A stretch of DNA of 64,000 nt from Octopus vulgaris (GCA_951406725.2 OX597820.1:74462001-74526000), one strand, 5' to 3'; shown: positions 28,323 through 43,618, counted from the first letter of the stretch. Notes: generated from the sequence alone by a model not told the origin. Translations and numbers: made by a program.

Positions 28323-28989
28323 TTTTGAAATTGATACATAAGGTGCCGGTATAACATTTTCGTTAAGACGCTCAGTTTGGAATCTCGAAATTCCAGGTTC
28401 GGTTCTTGTGCATGGTACCTTGGTGAGGTGTTTTATACTATGGCCCTGAGACGATCAGCGATTTAAGAGTGAATCTGGTTGACGGAAACTGTGTGAAAAT
28501 CGGTCGTATGACTGTCGACTCGTTTAATCGAGCATGACTTTTCGCAACACCAACACTGATACAGCACATTTGCATGGGCACTAAAACATATACGTGAGGG
28601 CAATGGTGTATATAAATTTCAAATACATAGAAATAATTAAAATATACCAACGTCCGTTTGTCTGGTGAAGTGCTAGCCAGATTGTACTTGATACGTATGT
28701 GAGATACGTCTCTTTCTCAAACAAGACAAAAAAAAAAAAAAGTGAAAGAAAGAAAAGAGTAAGAGTACACGTTTTCAAATACTAAATTCTTCCTCCTTCA
28801 GACATATTTTCTTTATCTTTCTGTTTTTGTTTTCATTAATATATTTCTATTCACACAAGGACTTCCCGTAAAAAGAGAAAGAAAAAAAATCCCACTTATT
28901 TTATCTCCAGCCCAATCATCCTATTTTTGTCACGAACTCCATCACCCCGTTTTTGTCACGAACTACTGATACCTTATCCTCTAACAAAG

Positions 28990-29020
<31 letters not shown>

Positions 29021-29649
29021 CTAGTATTTCTTTTTCTTTTCGGTATTTACTATTTATTTTTTACTGTTTCTTTTCTTGAAGACCTAATTTTTTTTCTCTG
29101 GCCTAATGGCATTGTTTATTTTTTTGATGTAGTTTTGTTTGGTCTTCTAATTTCGTTTATGATTCTTGTCAGCATTTTTTCCCTTTTCTTTTGCTAAGTT
29201 ATTTATTCATTTCTATCGTCTGCGCTCGTCTAGTTGTGGGGAAGTGCTAAGTTCGTTTGACTTTACGACGAGGACAAAGAATTAGTGACAATACGTTAGA
29301 GCCACAACTCATTAACTGATGAACAGATGCATAAAATATGTTTAGTTGAGTGTGTCAGGCGTTCTAAGTTAAAACTGCTCACTATCTCACTGACGCAGCG
29401 CCGTCGATCAACAATCACAGTGGTAGCCGACATAATGTGTCAAGATGGTGTCATTGCAACACTTTCAATTAGTCACAACTAAAACTTTGCTTCCTGTGTC
29501 CAGTTGCTGAAATAGATATTGTCATCAAAGATAGGGTTCTCTTTTCTTCCTTCTAATAAAGCAGTTCAGAAAAAAAAGGTACGATATTTAGTCAATTGGT
29601 GTCAGTGTCAACGGGGGTTATTATTATTATTATTATTAATAATAATAAC

Positions 29650-29702
<53 letters not shown>

Positions 29703-29714
29703 CAACAACAACAG

Positions 29715-29792
<78 letters not shown>

Positions 29793-29999
29793 TTATGATA
29801 ATAATCATTCCTTTATTGGCCACAAGGGCCGAGCACAAAATTAATACGGACAATACAAAATTGGGGTCACGTGGAGCTTAACACAAAATCGAGTAAACAA
29901 TAAAGTAGCAATGACAATTAATAATACAATTAAACAATAAAATTCCCTAAAAGGGGGAGAGAGAATCCTCACAGGGACAACCAAAAAACCCACACATTC

Positions 30000-30705
<706 letters not shown>

Positions 30706-31941
30706 ATTACCAACAGCCCGACATAAGGTACAGATGAGGGCAGCGGAATCAATCTCATTTATACACCAAATGTACCAAGCTGGGACAAAGGCACATACAG
30801 GAGTGGTGATGTGAAACACCCAGACTTAGGAAGTCAGAAAGACCATGGTGGTGCTCCAGCATGACCACGGCCGCATGGCTGAAATGAGTAAAGGAGTAAA
30901 AGATACAACTCTCTCTCTCTCCCTCTCTCTAGTCGTCCATAAAAAATTCTGCGTTTGCAATACTTTTTTTCGTTCGGTGTCAACAGCCCTTCTTATCTTG
31001 TTTTTCCTTGTCCTGTCCTTTACTGTTTACAATTTGTACTGTCGTTACTGTCCTGTTTTTACCATTTTTTACCCCTCTGCGAAAAGATCTCAGAATTTTA
31101 ATTGATTTGCTTTTCGCAGGAAGGAAAGTTTTCTTGTCGAAGATACGTCTCGCTTTTATCCTTCGAAACGTAGAGTAGATGAAACCTTTAGCGACTGAAG
31201 AAGGGGTTTTTTCTTTGTGTTAATTGTCCTGTACTCTATTTTTTTGCTGTTTTTAAATAAATGTCCAGTTCCTTTGGTTTGTGTCTATGTTTTCGTTTCT
31301 CATTGTGTTCGACGTCCTTTTGGTGTCCTGTACTCATATATGCGTGTATATGTACATGTAGAGGTAGGTACGTACATATATGTTTATATATATGCATATG
31401 TTTTATTTTATTTTATTAATATATTATATATATATATAAGTTCAGCAAAATTTAGATTCAAATGAATATGGTACTTAAGTTAGATGCACCAGAATTTTGT
31501 ATGGTGCTATCCATATAAATCCATGGGGTGATTATGCTTATTTTGATTATATATATATATAAAAACGTGCGCGCGCGCGTCTGTGTCCGCGTGTGTGTAC
31601 ACATACATTGAACTTTATGGTTATGCTAAAAAGTACTGCACATTTTACCTCCGTGGAAAGACATTGTTCTTGTCCCATACGTTTGAAGCGAAACTTTAGG
31701 GATATTGTCCGAAGACCTTATTAGGTATTTTACTACGTATTATTAATTGAAGTGTTGTTCCGCAATGAGTTTAAACATGCAACTACATAACTATTTCGTT
31801 AACCTTTGCCTATATTTTCAACTTGTTTAATAGAAATGTGCACACTATATGGGGGTATTTTCGCATCGAATGAAATAGTGTATATACGTACATACATACA
31901 AACATACATACATACACACATACATGTATACATACATATAA

Positions 31942-32003
<62 letters not shown>

Positions 32004-32067
32004 ATGTGTGTGTGTGTGTATGTGTGTGTGAGTGTGTGAGTGTATATATTTGTGTATATATTCTTTT

Positions 32068-32304
32068 ATTCTTTTCTTTTATATGTTGCAGACATTTGTC
32101 TGCGGCCATGCTGGAGCACCGCCTTTAGTCGAACAAATAGACCCTCAGGACTTATTCTTTGTAAGACTAGTACTGATTCTATAGTTCTCTTTTGCCGAAC
32201 TGCCAAGTTACGGGGACTTAAACACACCAATATCAGTTGTCAAGCGATGGTGGGGCACAAGCACAGACACAGAAACACCCCCACACTCCCACACATTCAC
32301 GCGT

Positions 32305-32355
<51 letters not shown>

Positions 32356-32503
32356 ACACAACGAGCTTCTTTCAGTTTCCGTCTACCAAATTCACAACCA
32401 AAGCTTTGGTCAGCCCGAGGCTATAGTACAAGACACTTGCCCAAGTGGGACTGAAGCCGAAACCATGTGGTTTGTAAGCAAGCTACTTACCCCACAGCCA
32501 CTC
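32068..32503 (-). mobile_element. SINE family A
   Basis: Reverse complement of the family A consensus. Confidence 0.85.
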
Positions 32504-33037
32504 TATTTATATACATAAACGTGTGTGTGTGTGCGTGTATGTGTGTGTGTGTGTGCTTGTGCATGTCTGAAGCCTGTGAATGAAAGGATTAGAACAGCTA
32601 GATATATATCTACATGCGTTCCAAAAGGTGCCCCGAAAGAGTATTACGTAACTTTATCGTGCTACATAATTATTCGGAGTTCTTTCGCATCATGTACTTG
32701 CCACCTGTCACTTAGAAGTCCTTTACCATAACGAGTTCTCTAAAAGAAAACCGGAAAATAAAGGTACATTTAAACAACCAAAAATAGTATAAGCGATTCT
32801 GTACCTTCCCAACAAGGTATCAGGAACACTTGGATCTCATTACTTCAAATATATACCTATATGCCGTGGCTTCTCTGGGCATGGCATGATGGGTAGTTGC
32901 CCGGAGACCATACCGGCCTAGGTATAGTATTCTGACCTTACCATGTAGTGGTTTGCTGTCAATAAATAAATCCCATAACTCTCAGTGCACTGATTTGCCC
33001 AGGTGACTACGTGCTCCTATGACCGAGCTTGATAGCT

Positions 33038-33078
<41 letters not shown>

Positions 33079-33281
33079 GCTTATATATATGTCTGTATAT
33101 AATTTATATATACATAGTTGTATGATATATATACATATACATACATACACAAATGTATGTATGTGTATGTACACATATATTGCTATATTTCAGGATGATC
33201 ATATTTTTTCTTGCCAAATAAAGACACGCGCTATACATTCGTTCTTCATTTCTTTATAATTATTCTTATTTTATGTCCTTT

Positions 33282-33325
33282 GTCTAGAAATCTTTCTTCA
33301 CACATCCTGTGACCTCTTCAGCGAC
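33282..33325 (-). ncRNA. Degenerate type-I hammerhead motif
   Basis: Minus strand GTC-G-CTGAAGA-GGTCACA-GGATG-TGTGAA-GAAA-G-ATTT-C-TA-GAC; base of helix II is damaged. Confidence 0.45.
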
Positions 33326-33864
33326 TGTCCATCCCACGTATCTCCTCCTGTTCTTTTTAGTCTATATACATATATCTTCATATATACATATATATGTGTT
33401 TATGTATATATTCAAATAAAAATTTGCGCGCGTGCATGTGTAGTGCGTGTAAAGACGTCCATATATGAATTATGTTATTTCTTCTTCACAGATTATTCTT
33501 CCTACTGGTGCATGCACTATAGTTTTTAGATACAGTGATTTATATTTTGAGCTAAGTTAGGTGTTATTGAATATGATAGTTTTTCTGTATAGCTATTAGA
33601 TATTTTATATTTGGAGGGAAGTTTTTCTTGGAATTTCAAAGAGCTGGCTATGTTAATATTGACATAAATGTATAAGTTCCTTTTGTGGTTTTCTTATTCC
33701 TGCTTAATATGTTAGTAGTTACTCGTTGGTTTCCAAATATGTTACTCTCTTAGTATCGTCTTTCTTCGTATTAATCGTGCTATTCAAAGATGCTACCCCC
33801 AGAAAGATTATTGTAGTGTCCATCATTATTACATTTTCGTTCTTATTATTCTTATAATTGTTAA

Positions 33865-34082
33865 GGTAGCCAGACGGCAGAATCGTTAGCATGTCGGAGA
33901 AAATGCTTAGTGACATTTCTTCGGGTTCTTTACTTTGTGAACTCTAAATACCACCGACGTCAATTTTATCTTTCATCCTTTCGGAGCTGATAAACTGTAG
34001 TGCCCGTCGAAGAGTGGGGTCGATTGCATTGATTAAGCTGCCTACCCTCAAAATTGCTAAATTTGTACCAAAATTTCAAACT
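33865..34082 (+). mobile_element. SINE family B, diverged
   Basis: GGCAGAATCGTTAGCATG..AAATGCTTAG..TTTCATCCTTTCGGG. Confidence 0.75.
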
Positions 34083-36333
34083 GTTATTCTTGTGATAATG
34101 ATAAAAATTCAGCTTCGCATTTATAAGGATGATTTTAGTTTCGTTCTTACGGGGAAATGACGGTTTCATAGAAATAGTTCCATTTCCATTAATATTTCCA
34201 GTAGTTATACTAATCAATTTTTGACATTTCAAATAAAGCTATTATTTGCTTACGCCACTGACCCTATTTGAACTTAATACCCACCACATTCAACTAAATT
34301 TCCATTACTCTATCGATCACGTCGTCTGCTTTCTTCCTATATGAACTGATAGATGCAGTGTTTATTCTATGATTAAACAATATGTTGCTAATACAGTATT
34401 ATGTGCATAGTTTGTGCTTGTCAATAACTGAATTAAGCGATACTCTTTTGTTGATTGCTGTGTGAAAGTTTTGCTAATTCCGGTTGTAGTGGATAAATGC
34501 GTTGCTATTTAAACAAGTCTTAAAATATGTTACGGTATCACTTACATTTCTTTTAATTCTGCTTCTAGTGACCAAAATATCATCGCCATTTTCTTTGTGT
34601 GGAAAATGAAAATCAGAGAATGATGTTTTATGAAGGTCTTAATGCGTTAATAGTTTACCAGTTTTTTTTTCCCCACTGGTGTTGAAATAAAAAGCAAAAC
34701 AAAGCAAAATATAACAAACTAAACACCAAGTTTTCACCCATCAACACACATGCGCGCACACACAAACACATGCAGAAACACACGCATGCACATTCACACA
34801 TGCACACTCACACATACACACACAATAACATCCATGTCCACACCTTCATACATATTCACACACATACATCGAGGAGTTGAAAGTACGACCGGAAACTGTC
34901 CATCCTACGAGGTTACTGATCATTAGAAAGTTGTTACTCCAGTTTGCAACACGCCATCTTGTTGTAGAATTCTAGTCAAAATGGTTATTACTCCACTGTC
35001 ATCACGCCCATGCAAATGCAATCTTTTGATTTATTATCAAGCGCAAAATATGCATTACATTTTGGAAAAGTTGCCAACAAACGTAGAAACCCTACCACCC
35101 CTCCGTTATATTCACCCACCTCTTCTTCCCACCTTTATCCACAACTTCGACAGCTTCCACTGTGTAGCCGTTTACTTTTATTTTTGTTTTGTTTTGTTAT
35201 TACTGGATTTATTTGTTGATATTGCTTGATTAGATGAGTAAGTCTGCGAACACTTTCGCTTCATAACGCCCTTTGTTGACCTGTCTAGTTGACAAATTTG
35301 ACAATAATTTGGGGTATTAAGATGAATAATGATTTTCGGCTGCTAAACGCTACTAATTTGTTCGCCCTGATACTAATGAGCAAGCGTTTCCTCTTTCTAT
35401 CTGATTGTTTCGCCTATTTTTCTTCTTCAGCCACTTTCAACGTCATGCTCCTTCCTCTGAACGTTGCACAAACAGCGAAGAATTGAAAAACTGGATACTT
35501 TTAAAGGAAACAAATAGAGGCATAAGAGTAAATATGAATTAAAGTGACTGGAGACAAAATAGAATGACAAAAAAAATAGATAAATAAATCGGAAGCAAAG
35601 GCTAATCGGGAAGAAAAAATTGAAATGTGGAAAAGTGGGGTATGAAAATGAAGAATTCCCAGTGATAGGGAGAAGATTAAACGGAAAAGAAAGTGCGGTA
35701 AACGAAGGAAATAAATGGAGTGTAAGAATGAGCAGTTCAGATTGAGATAAAGAGAAAGAATGAAAGATTTTGATATTGGACGACAGCGGAGGTGAGGGGC
35801 AGGGGGGGATTGTATTTATTTTGGAAAAGTAAATGGATTAAAGAAGAATAAATTAAAGGTTTTACTTGATAATCTCTGCCACCAGCAGTGATGCTTTTTA
35901 AACAGATTTTTTTTTCAGCCAAACATCGTTTCTGCCAACAACAACCACAAAGAAAACAACAACAACAACAGCACTTACTCCAGCAGCAGCAGCAGTAGCA
36001 GCAGCGGCAGCAGCTGTATTAGAAACCACAAAAGTAATAAAAACAAGAAAAGTATCAATGGGGGCAAATGAGTAATGTCGATAAAGAATGAAAGCCAGGC
36101 TTCGTTTATTATCATCGTCGCCATCTTAATATATTGCTTTGATTTTCAAGTTTGTGTATTTGTGACTATCTTCATGTATGTATGTATGTATATATCAGTT
36201 TTGTCGTGTAAATCAGTGTACACACACACGTATATATATATATATATCTCCCTGCTTCCATTTCCTGAGCGCCTATTAATAATAATACTGTAATTGTTCC
36301 CTTGTTGTTGTTTTTTTGTTTCCCGTTTGGATT

Positions 36334-36382
<49 letters not shown>

Positions 36383-36420
36383 TATATAAGCGTATATATA
36401 TATATATATGTATGTAAATC

Positions 36421-36528
<108 letters not shown>

Positions 36529-36568
36529 TCTACCTATCTATCTATTTATTTATTTATCTGTCTGTCTA

Positions 36569-36637
<69 letters not shown>

Positions 36638-37265
36638 ATATCTATCTTTCTCTCTATATATATATACACGCATACAGACATGCATACTTGCACAAACTCT
36701 CGACCTCTTTCTCACACAAACACACACATACACATATTTGTGTGTGTATGTGTGCGTGCGTGTATGTATGTGTGTGTGTGTCTTTATGTGTGTGTTTTCG
36801 TATTATACAGTATTTTCTTTCTGGACATGGTGTATTTGTTGCTGTGTGTTTGTGACTCTTCTCAGTGAGTCTAAGGCCGGCTGCTGCGAGTTAAATTAAT
36901 GACAATTTTTCATCTAGCTGTTCAATTCCATTCATCTTTATCTAAATGTAAACCTAATTGACCACTTCTTGAACCTCCATTTCTTTCTTTATTTTGCTTT
37001 GTTTTCCCGAGATAAACCCGACTTCTGCCGCTTGATCATATCATCTGAAAGAATCAGCTGCACCATCAGCCCCAAATAAAACCCTTATTTTATTGGTTCG
37101 TTGTGCTTTCGGATAAATTTTGTTTGAACTTTTACAATGTGTTTTGTTTTATTTATTTACCATCAATCGTATTTCTTTGACTTCATGAAAGACTACAAAG
37201 ATAAAATATAATACAAAATATACGTTGTAGTACTGAATTAGAACCGGTTACTTTTACTCGAAAGA

Positions 37266-37369
<104 letters not shown>

Positions 37370-37459
37370 CATTAATTAAAATCTTTGGGTAGCAAGAATA
37401 TTCATAGAAAAATTCTTAGTTACCAGTGGTCTAGCGAGAAAGAAAAAAATAGTCAAAAG

Positions 37460-37533
37460 AATACAGTGTACGTTCAAACACAAAAGAGATACCCGAAGAA
37501 TAGGATATCTCTTTTGTGTTTGAACGTACACTG

Positions 37534-37537
<4 letters not shown>
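37460..37537. repeat. Perfect 32-bp inverted repeat abutting (TA)n
   Basis: AATACAGTGTACGTTCAAACACAAAAGAGATA (37460-37491) and its reverse complement (37506-37537). Confidence 0.9.
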
Positions 37538-37597
<60 letters not shown>

Positions 37598-37677
37598 TAG
37601 CAACTCTATCAGTTTGTGTATTTTTCTTTCTATATTTCCAGTGTAAAAGTTTTGTCCACTTTATATTATAAAAACAT

Positions 37678-38078
37678 ATTGGTTTCAAATTTTGGCACAA
37701 GGCCAGCGGTTTCGAAGAAGAGGATCAGTCGGTTACATCCTGTATTCAACTGGTATTAATTTTATCAACCCACGAATAGACGAAAGAGTTGACCTCGCGG
37801 ATATTTGAATTGAGAACGTGCAGACGGGCGAAAAGTCGTTAAGCATTTTGCCTGGTGTGCTACAGATTCTGTCAGCTCGCAGCCCAAGTAGATAAAGAAA
37901 TATCTATACAAAATTTTGGCACTAGGCCAGCAATTTCAGGGAGGGTTTAAGTCGATTACACCGACCTCAGCACTCGACTGGTACTTATTTTATCGATCAC
38001 GAAATGATGAATGGCAAAGTCAACCTCGACATCATTTGAACTCAGAACAAAAAGTACAGACGAAATGCCGCTAAGCGG
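37678..38078 (-). mobile_element. Two tandem diverged SINE family B copies
   Basis: Repeated AAATTTTGGCAC..GGCCAGC..CTGGTA..TTTTATC..GAA..AAAG..ACCTCG..ATTTGAA. Confidence 0.75.
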
Positions 38079-38139
38079 AATTATAACCATGTAATAACTA
38101 TATATTATATTGTGTCTGATGAGAGACATTTTGCTTTGT

Positions 38140-38513
38140 TGGCACTCCGTCGGTTACGACGATGAGGGTTCCTGTTGATTCAATCAACGGCGTGAAATTA
38201 ACGTGTAAGTGGTTGAGCACTCCACAGACACGTGTACCCTTAACGTAGTCCTCGGGGGAGATTCAGCGTGGCACAGAGTGTGAAAAAAGCTGGCTCTTTG
38301 AAATACAGGTACAACACAAACAGGAAGAAAGAGTGAGAGAAAGTTGTGGTGAAAGAATACAGCAGGGATAGCCACCACCCCTTGCCGGAGCCTCTTGGAG
38401 CCTTAGGGTTTTTTCGCTCAATAAACACTCACAACGCCCGGTCTAGGAATCGGAACCGCGATCCTACGATCGCGAGTCCGCTGCCCCTAACCATTGGGAC
38501 ATTTTGCCTCCAC
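38140..38513 (-). mobile_element. SINE family C, full length, tail variant 2
   Basis: Reverse complement of the family C head and body, ending ..GTAACCGACGGAGTGCCA. Confidence 0.85.
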
Positions 38514-38676
38514 TCATTTTGCTTTAATGCTTTATTAATTGACACACTCACCAGTTCGATTTCCACTCATTTACTTATTTAAAAAAAAATGTCCGTTGCT
38601 TCTTGCAACCTCTCCAATAGTCGTTGACTCTCGATTAGTTATGATAAAATCAAACCGATGAATCGGTGCAAAATAA

Positions 38677-38796
38677 ATATGGTTCTGGGTTCAGTCCCAC
38701 TGCGTGGCACCTTGGGTAAGTTTCTTCTGCTATAGCCTCGGGCCGACCAAAGCCTTGTGAGTGAATTTTGTAGACGGGAAGATGAAGAAGCCCGTC

Positions 38797-38800
<4 letters not shown>
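38677..38800 (+). mobile_element. SINE family A fragment
   Basis: GGGTTCAGTCCCACTGCGTGGCACCTTGGG..GGCCGACCAAAGCCTTGTGAG. Confidence 0.8.
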
Positions 38801-38838
<38 letters not shown>

Positions 38839-39097
38839 GTGTGTCTATATATGAATAAACAGAATAAACAGAATAATAAAGTAAAAGGAATTAGTAATTA
38901 AAGGATGAAAAATAATCATCTTCAGAAAAAGAAAAAAGAGATAAAACGGTTTCTAGAATTACAAAATAAAGAAAACTGGAGTGAATATGGCGGACGCAAT
39001 TAAGGTTTCTTTTAGTTTTGTTTTCTTTTAATTTCATTACGACATTTATTATTTATTTTTGATTGAGTTGATCGAACGAATCGTAGAACTTCGACGG

Positions 39098-39446
39098 TTT
39101 CGACGACGAGGGTTCAAGTTGATCCGATCAACGGAATAGCTCGTGAAATTACCGGGCAAGTGGCTGAGCACTCCACAGACAAGTGTACCCTTAAGGTAGT
39201 TCGCTGGGAGATTCAGTGTGATAAGGCTGGCCGTTCCAAATACAGGTACAACAGAAACAGGAAGAAAGAGTGAGAAAAAGTTGTGGTGAAAGAGTACAGC
39301 AAAGGTCACCAGCATCTACCGTAACCTCGTGGTACTTTAGGTGTTTTCGCTCAATAAACACTCACAACGTCCGGTCTGGGAATCGAAACCGCGTTCCAAC
39401 GACCGCGAGTCCGTTACTCTAACCACTGGCTCATTGCGCCTCCACT
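39098..39446 (-). mobile_element. SINE family C, tail variant 2
   Basis: Reverse complement of the family C consensus. Confidence 0.85.
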
Positions 39447-39911
39447 GATCGAACAAATAGGAAATAAATGAATATGTTTCTTTTGTTATAGAACAAAGCG
39501 TGAAAATAGTCTTTGTGTCTTTCTAATATGTTAAGATTTATATTTCCCATAACTCTTGAACATAAGCCAGGAAGAAGCCAGGCTCTGCTTGTTGATTCCT
39601 GCAAGTGGCACTGTGGTTAAGAATATCGTTTTGCAACCACGTGATTTCAGGTTCAATGCTATTGTGCGGCACATTTGGTGTCATCCCTCTTATACGTATG
39701 TATATATATGTATATATATATATACAAGTGACATAAAGAACGACCTTTCATCAGTTGTCGGCTGTCTATCTACTCCTCATTTCGACATACATACACATAT
39801 CTATATAAGTATGTCTATGTTTGTCTCCACCACCACTTGGAAACTGGCGATGATTTGTTTATGTCCTCATGACTTAGGGGTTCAGCAAAAGAGAACGGTA
39901 GAATAAGCAAC

Positions 39912-40632
39912 ACAAAGTCGATCTTGGCGGAATTTGAACTCAGAACCTAAAGACGGAAGAAATGCCGTGAAGCATTTTGCTCGCAATGCTAACGATTTAA
40001 CACGCTATTCCTTTTTATAATTAAAGAAATATTATTTTCTACTCTAGGCACAAAGCCAAAATTTTTGTGGGGAGGGGCGAGTCGATTAGATCAACCCCAG
40101 TACGCAACTTGTACTTAATTTATCGATCCCGATAGGATGAAAGGCTAAGTCGACCTCGGCGGAATTTGAACTCAGAACGTAAAGACTGACGAAATACCGA
40201 TAAGCAATTCACCCGGCGTGCTAAAGTTTCTGCCAGCTCGCCACTTTTCTACTCTTGGTACAAGGCCAGAAATGTTTAAGGTGGGCTGCCAGTCGACCCC
40301 AATATAGAACTGGTACTTAATTTATCGATCTCGAAAGGATGAAAGTCAAAGTCGACCTCGGCGGAATTTGAGCTCAGACCATAAAGACAGACGAACTACC
40401 TATTTCCTTACGGCCCACAAGGGGCTACACACAGAGGGGACAAACAAGGACAGACAAACGGATTAAGTCGATTATATCGACCCCAGTGCGTAACAGGTAC
40501 TTATTTAATCGACCTCGAAAGGATGAAAAGCACGGGTGACCTCGGCGGAATTTGAACTTAAAACGTAACGGCAGACGAAATACAGTTAAGCATTTCGCCC
40601 GGCATGTTAACGTTTCTGCCAGTTCACCGCCA
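39912..40632 (-). mobile_element. Cluster of about 4 tandem SINE family B units
   Basis: Repeated (G)TCGACCTCGGCGGAATTTGAACTCAGAAC at about 39920, 40150, 40350 and 40540. Confidence 0.85.
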
Positions 40633-42301
40633 TATAATTAAAGAAATATTGAGGTAGAAATATATGCGAGATAACTCAGGGAAAATAAATAATAAAATAT
40701 TTTAAACAATGTCTTAAATGGCTTTTTTTTAAAAAAGGGGGCAACAATAAAATCAAATGAAAAGAAACAATTAATGAGGTGGCTGAGTGAAATATTTTGA
40801 TGCTGACGTGTGGTGGTTCTTCTTTTGATACTTCACGTCACATTTCTTAGCTTAAATTCGAGCAAGAAGAGGCAGCGCTTATTTATTCAGCGTTATGTAA
40901 ATTAATACCTGTAACGAAGTGTGGTAAGGCGACGATCTGAAAGAAGCATTAGTACGTTCGACATTAATGTTTAGCGGCACTTCTGCCGTCTCATTCTGCA
41001 CGCTCTGCGTTCAAATCCCGCCAAGGTCAACTTTGCCTTTCATTCCTTCAGGGTTGATAAAATATTGCACAGATGATCAACTGGGACCGAATATTATCGA
41101 CTTGTCCTTTCCGTTTAAAATTACTGACCATGAATCCTATAAAAGACTGAAACAGTGAGATATTTGTGTCTTAAATATAGTTACTGCGCAGTACCAATCA
41201 CGGAAATACACGTCAAACTATCTGGTTGGAAAACTAACATACCGTCCATTCAGCTTTTTGCAAGTCTCTCTCTCTTGCATTTAATCAAAACGGAGCAACA
41301 ATGTGTAACTACGAAGAGGTTTACATTTTCTATCAAAATATCCCAATGATACTAATGTAAAAACAGAAACCGTAAGAAAGTATTTTGATTCTGGTTTGAA
41401 ATAAAAGAAGGTAGCCAGAAAGGTTTTATGAAATTACATCCTCAAGGAGTATTTAGTTTTCTTCAGTTTCAAATAACTTCAAATCGAAATAATATTTCAC
41501 TAAATTTGTACACTGCTGAGTTTAGAATTCAAAAGAACGATTCTGTGTTGATTCCAACAAATGACTTGGCTCAAAGCCTTGAAAACGAGGCAGCAAGCCA
41601 AGAGATTTGTTTTTAGAAAGACTGTGTGAAAGAATGACAATCTTTTACACGAAGGAATAAACTTATTATTTGAACTTGAACGACTTCATGACTTATTAGC
41701 TAGCCACTAGATGACTCTGAACAGTAATATAGGCAATCAGTCTTTCTAATATCATATATCAACTTTCCTATCTAGAATCCGTCAGTTTGAAATGAAAAGA
41801 AAACAAACGGTTCTTTCCAACTTGTTGACATATTTTTCAGATGATCACGCAGAAAAATAGCGGAACAAGATTTATTTGAAGCAAATATACTAAATGGCAA
41901 ATGAATTGATGAGGAAGATATATCGAACACGGCATTATTGATCTAAGGAAAGTAACTTAAATATTTGTTAGGATTTCTCCGATAAGAAATTATATAAATT
42001 AGAACTACAGCAAAGTTAATTCCTATAATTAATTACCGGGACAAAATACATTTTATCGCAATCTGATATTAACATAAAATGTGAGGATATCTGAAAAGAA
42101 AATAGAATCTGACTTGTGATTATCAGAACGGTATCATATTTTAAACAGCCTACTCACTATTCGCCTTGAAATCTTTCTGTTCTACATTACAGTCGCTTCA
42201 ATCATTAATCTTAGCATTAGTTGAGAGATTATTGAAATATTCTTTGAGTAAAATTGTACTTTATTTAATGTGTTAAATCTGATAAGTTTTTTTTTCATTA
42301 C

Positions 42302-42655
42302 TCTTTTACTTGTTTCAATTATTTGACTGCGGCCATGCTGGAGCACCGCCTTTAGTCGAAGAAATTTGTAAGCCCAGTACTTAATCTACCGATCTCTTAG
42401 CCGAACCGCTAAGTTACGGTACGTAAACACACCAGCATCGGTTGTCAAGCGATGTTGGAGACAAACACACACTTACACACACACTCACATACACATATAT
42501 ACGACGGGCTTCTTTCAGTTTCTGTCTACCAAATCCACTCACAAGGCTTTGGTCGGCTATAGTAAAAGACACTTGCCCAAGGTGCTACGCAGTGGGACTG
42601 AACCCAACACCATGTGGTTGGTAAGCAAGCTACTAACCACACAGCCACTCCCGCA
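42302..42655 (-). mobile_element. SINE family A
   Basis: Reverse complement of the family A consensus. Confidence 0.85.
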
Positions 42656-42749
42656 CCATTTTACACATATTTCGACCAGTGTATTTTCTGAAACTTCATA
42701 TTGTTATATTTGATTGATATATCATTTATCAATCACGAAAGTTAATGAA

Positions 42750-43280
42750 AACTGAAATCGACCTCGATGGGATTTGAACTCTGAGCACCAAAGTTGTAAA
42801 ATATTCTATACCGACTCTCCAACAACACTGTCAATTCACCGCCAACCTTAATATTTCTTCTAAAGGCGGCGAGCTGGCAGAAACGTTAGCATGCCGGGCG
42901 AAATGCTTAGCAGTATTTCGTCCGTTTTTATCCTTTGGAGTTCAAACTCTGCCGAGGTTGACTTTGACTTTCATCCTTTCGGGAGTCGATAAAATAAGTA
43001 CCAGTTGGACACTGGGGTTGATACATTCGACTTACTCTCTTCCCGGAACATGCTGGCCATGTGCCGAAATTTGAAACCAATATCCTTTCTCTCCAGCGAT
43101 TTTAGCGGGGGAGAGGATAATCGATAACACCAGCTTCTGCTCGACAGGTACTTATTTTATCAACCCCGCAAAGAATGAAAAGACAATGTTTGATCACGGT
43201 GGAATTTGAACTCAGAACGTAAAGAGCTGGAAGAAATATCACTGCTTATTTTATCCGGCGTAGTACCGACTTTTGCCCCC
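42750..43280. mobile_element. Cluster of SINE family B copies in both orientations
   Basis: Plus copy starting GGCGGCGAGCTGGCAGAAACG at about 42865, with minus-strand fragments at about 42750-42845 and 43100-43280. Confidence 0.8.
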
Positions 43281-43422
43281 TTGCCATCTACACCTACTTT
43301 GATATAAATGTATGATACATAAACAGGGTGGCCCAGAATTCATGACTCGTTACTTATATTTAGTAATATATTAATATTTAATTAATAGTCTCATATTAAG
43401 AAATAAAAAAATGAATTTAAAC

Positions 43423-43572
43423 GGGCGAAGGAGTGGCTGTATGGTAAGTAGTTTGCATACCACTGGGTTCGGTCCCACTGCATGGCACCTTGGGCAGGTG
43501 TCTTCTACTATAGCCTCGGGCCGACCAAAGCCTTGTGAGTGGATTTGGTAGACGGAAACTGAAAGAAGCCCG

Positions 43573-43618
<46 letters not shown>

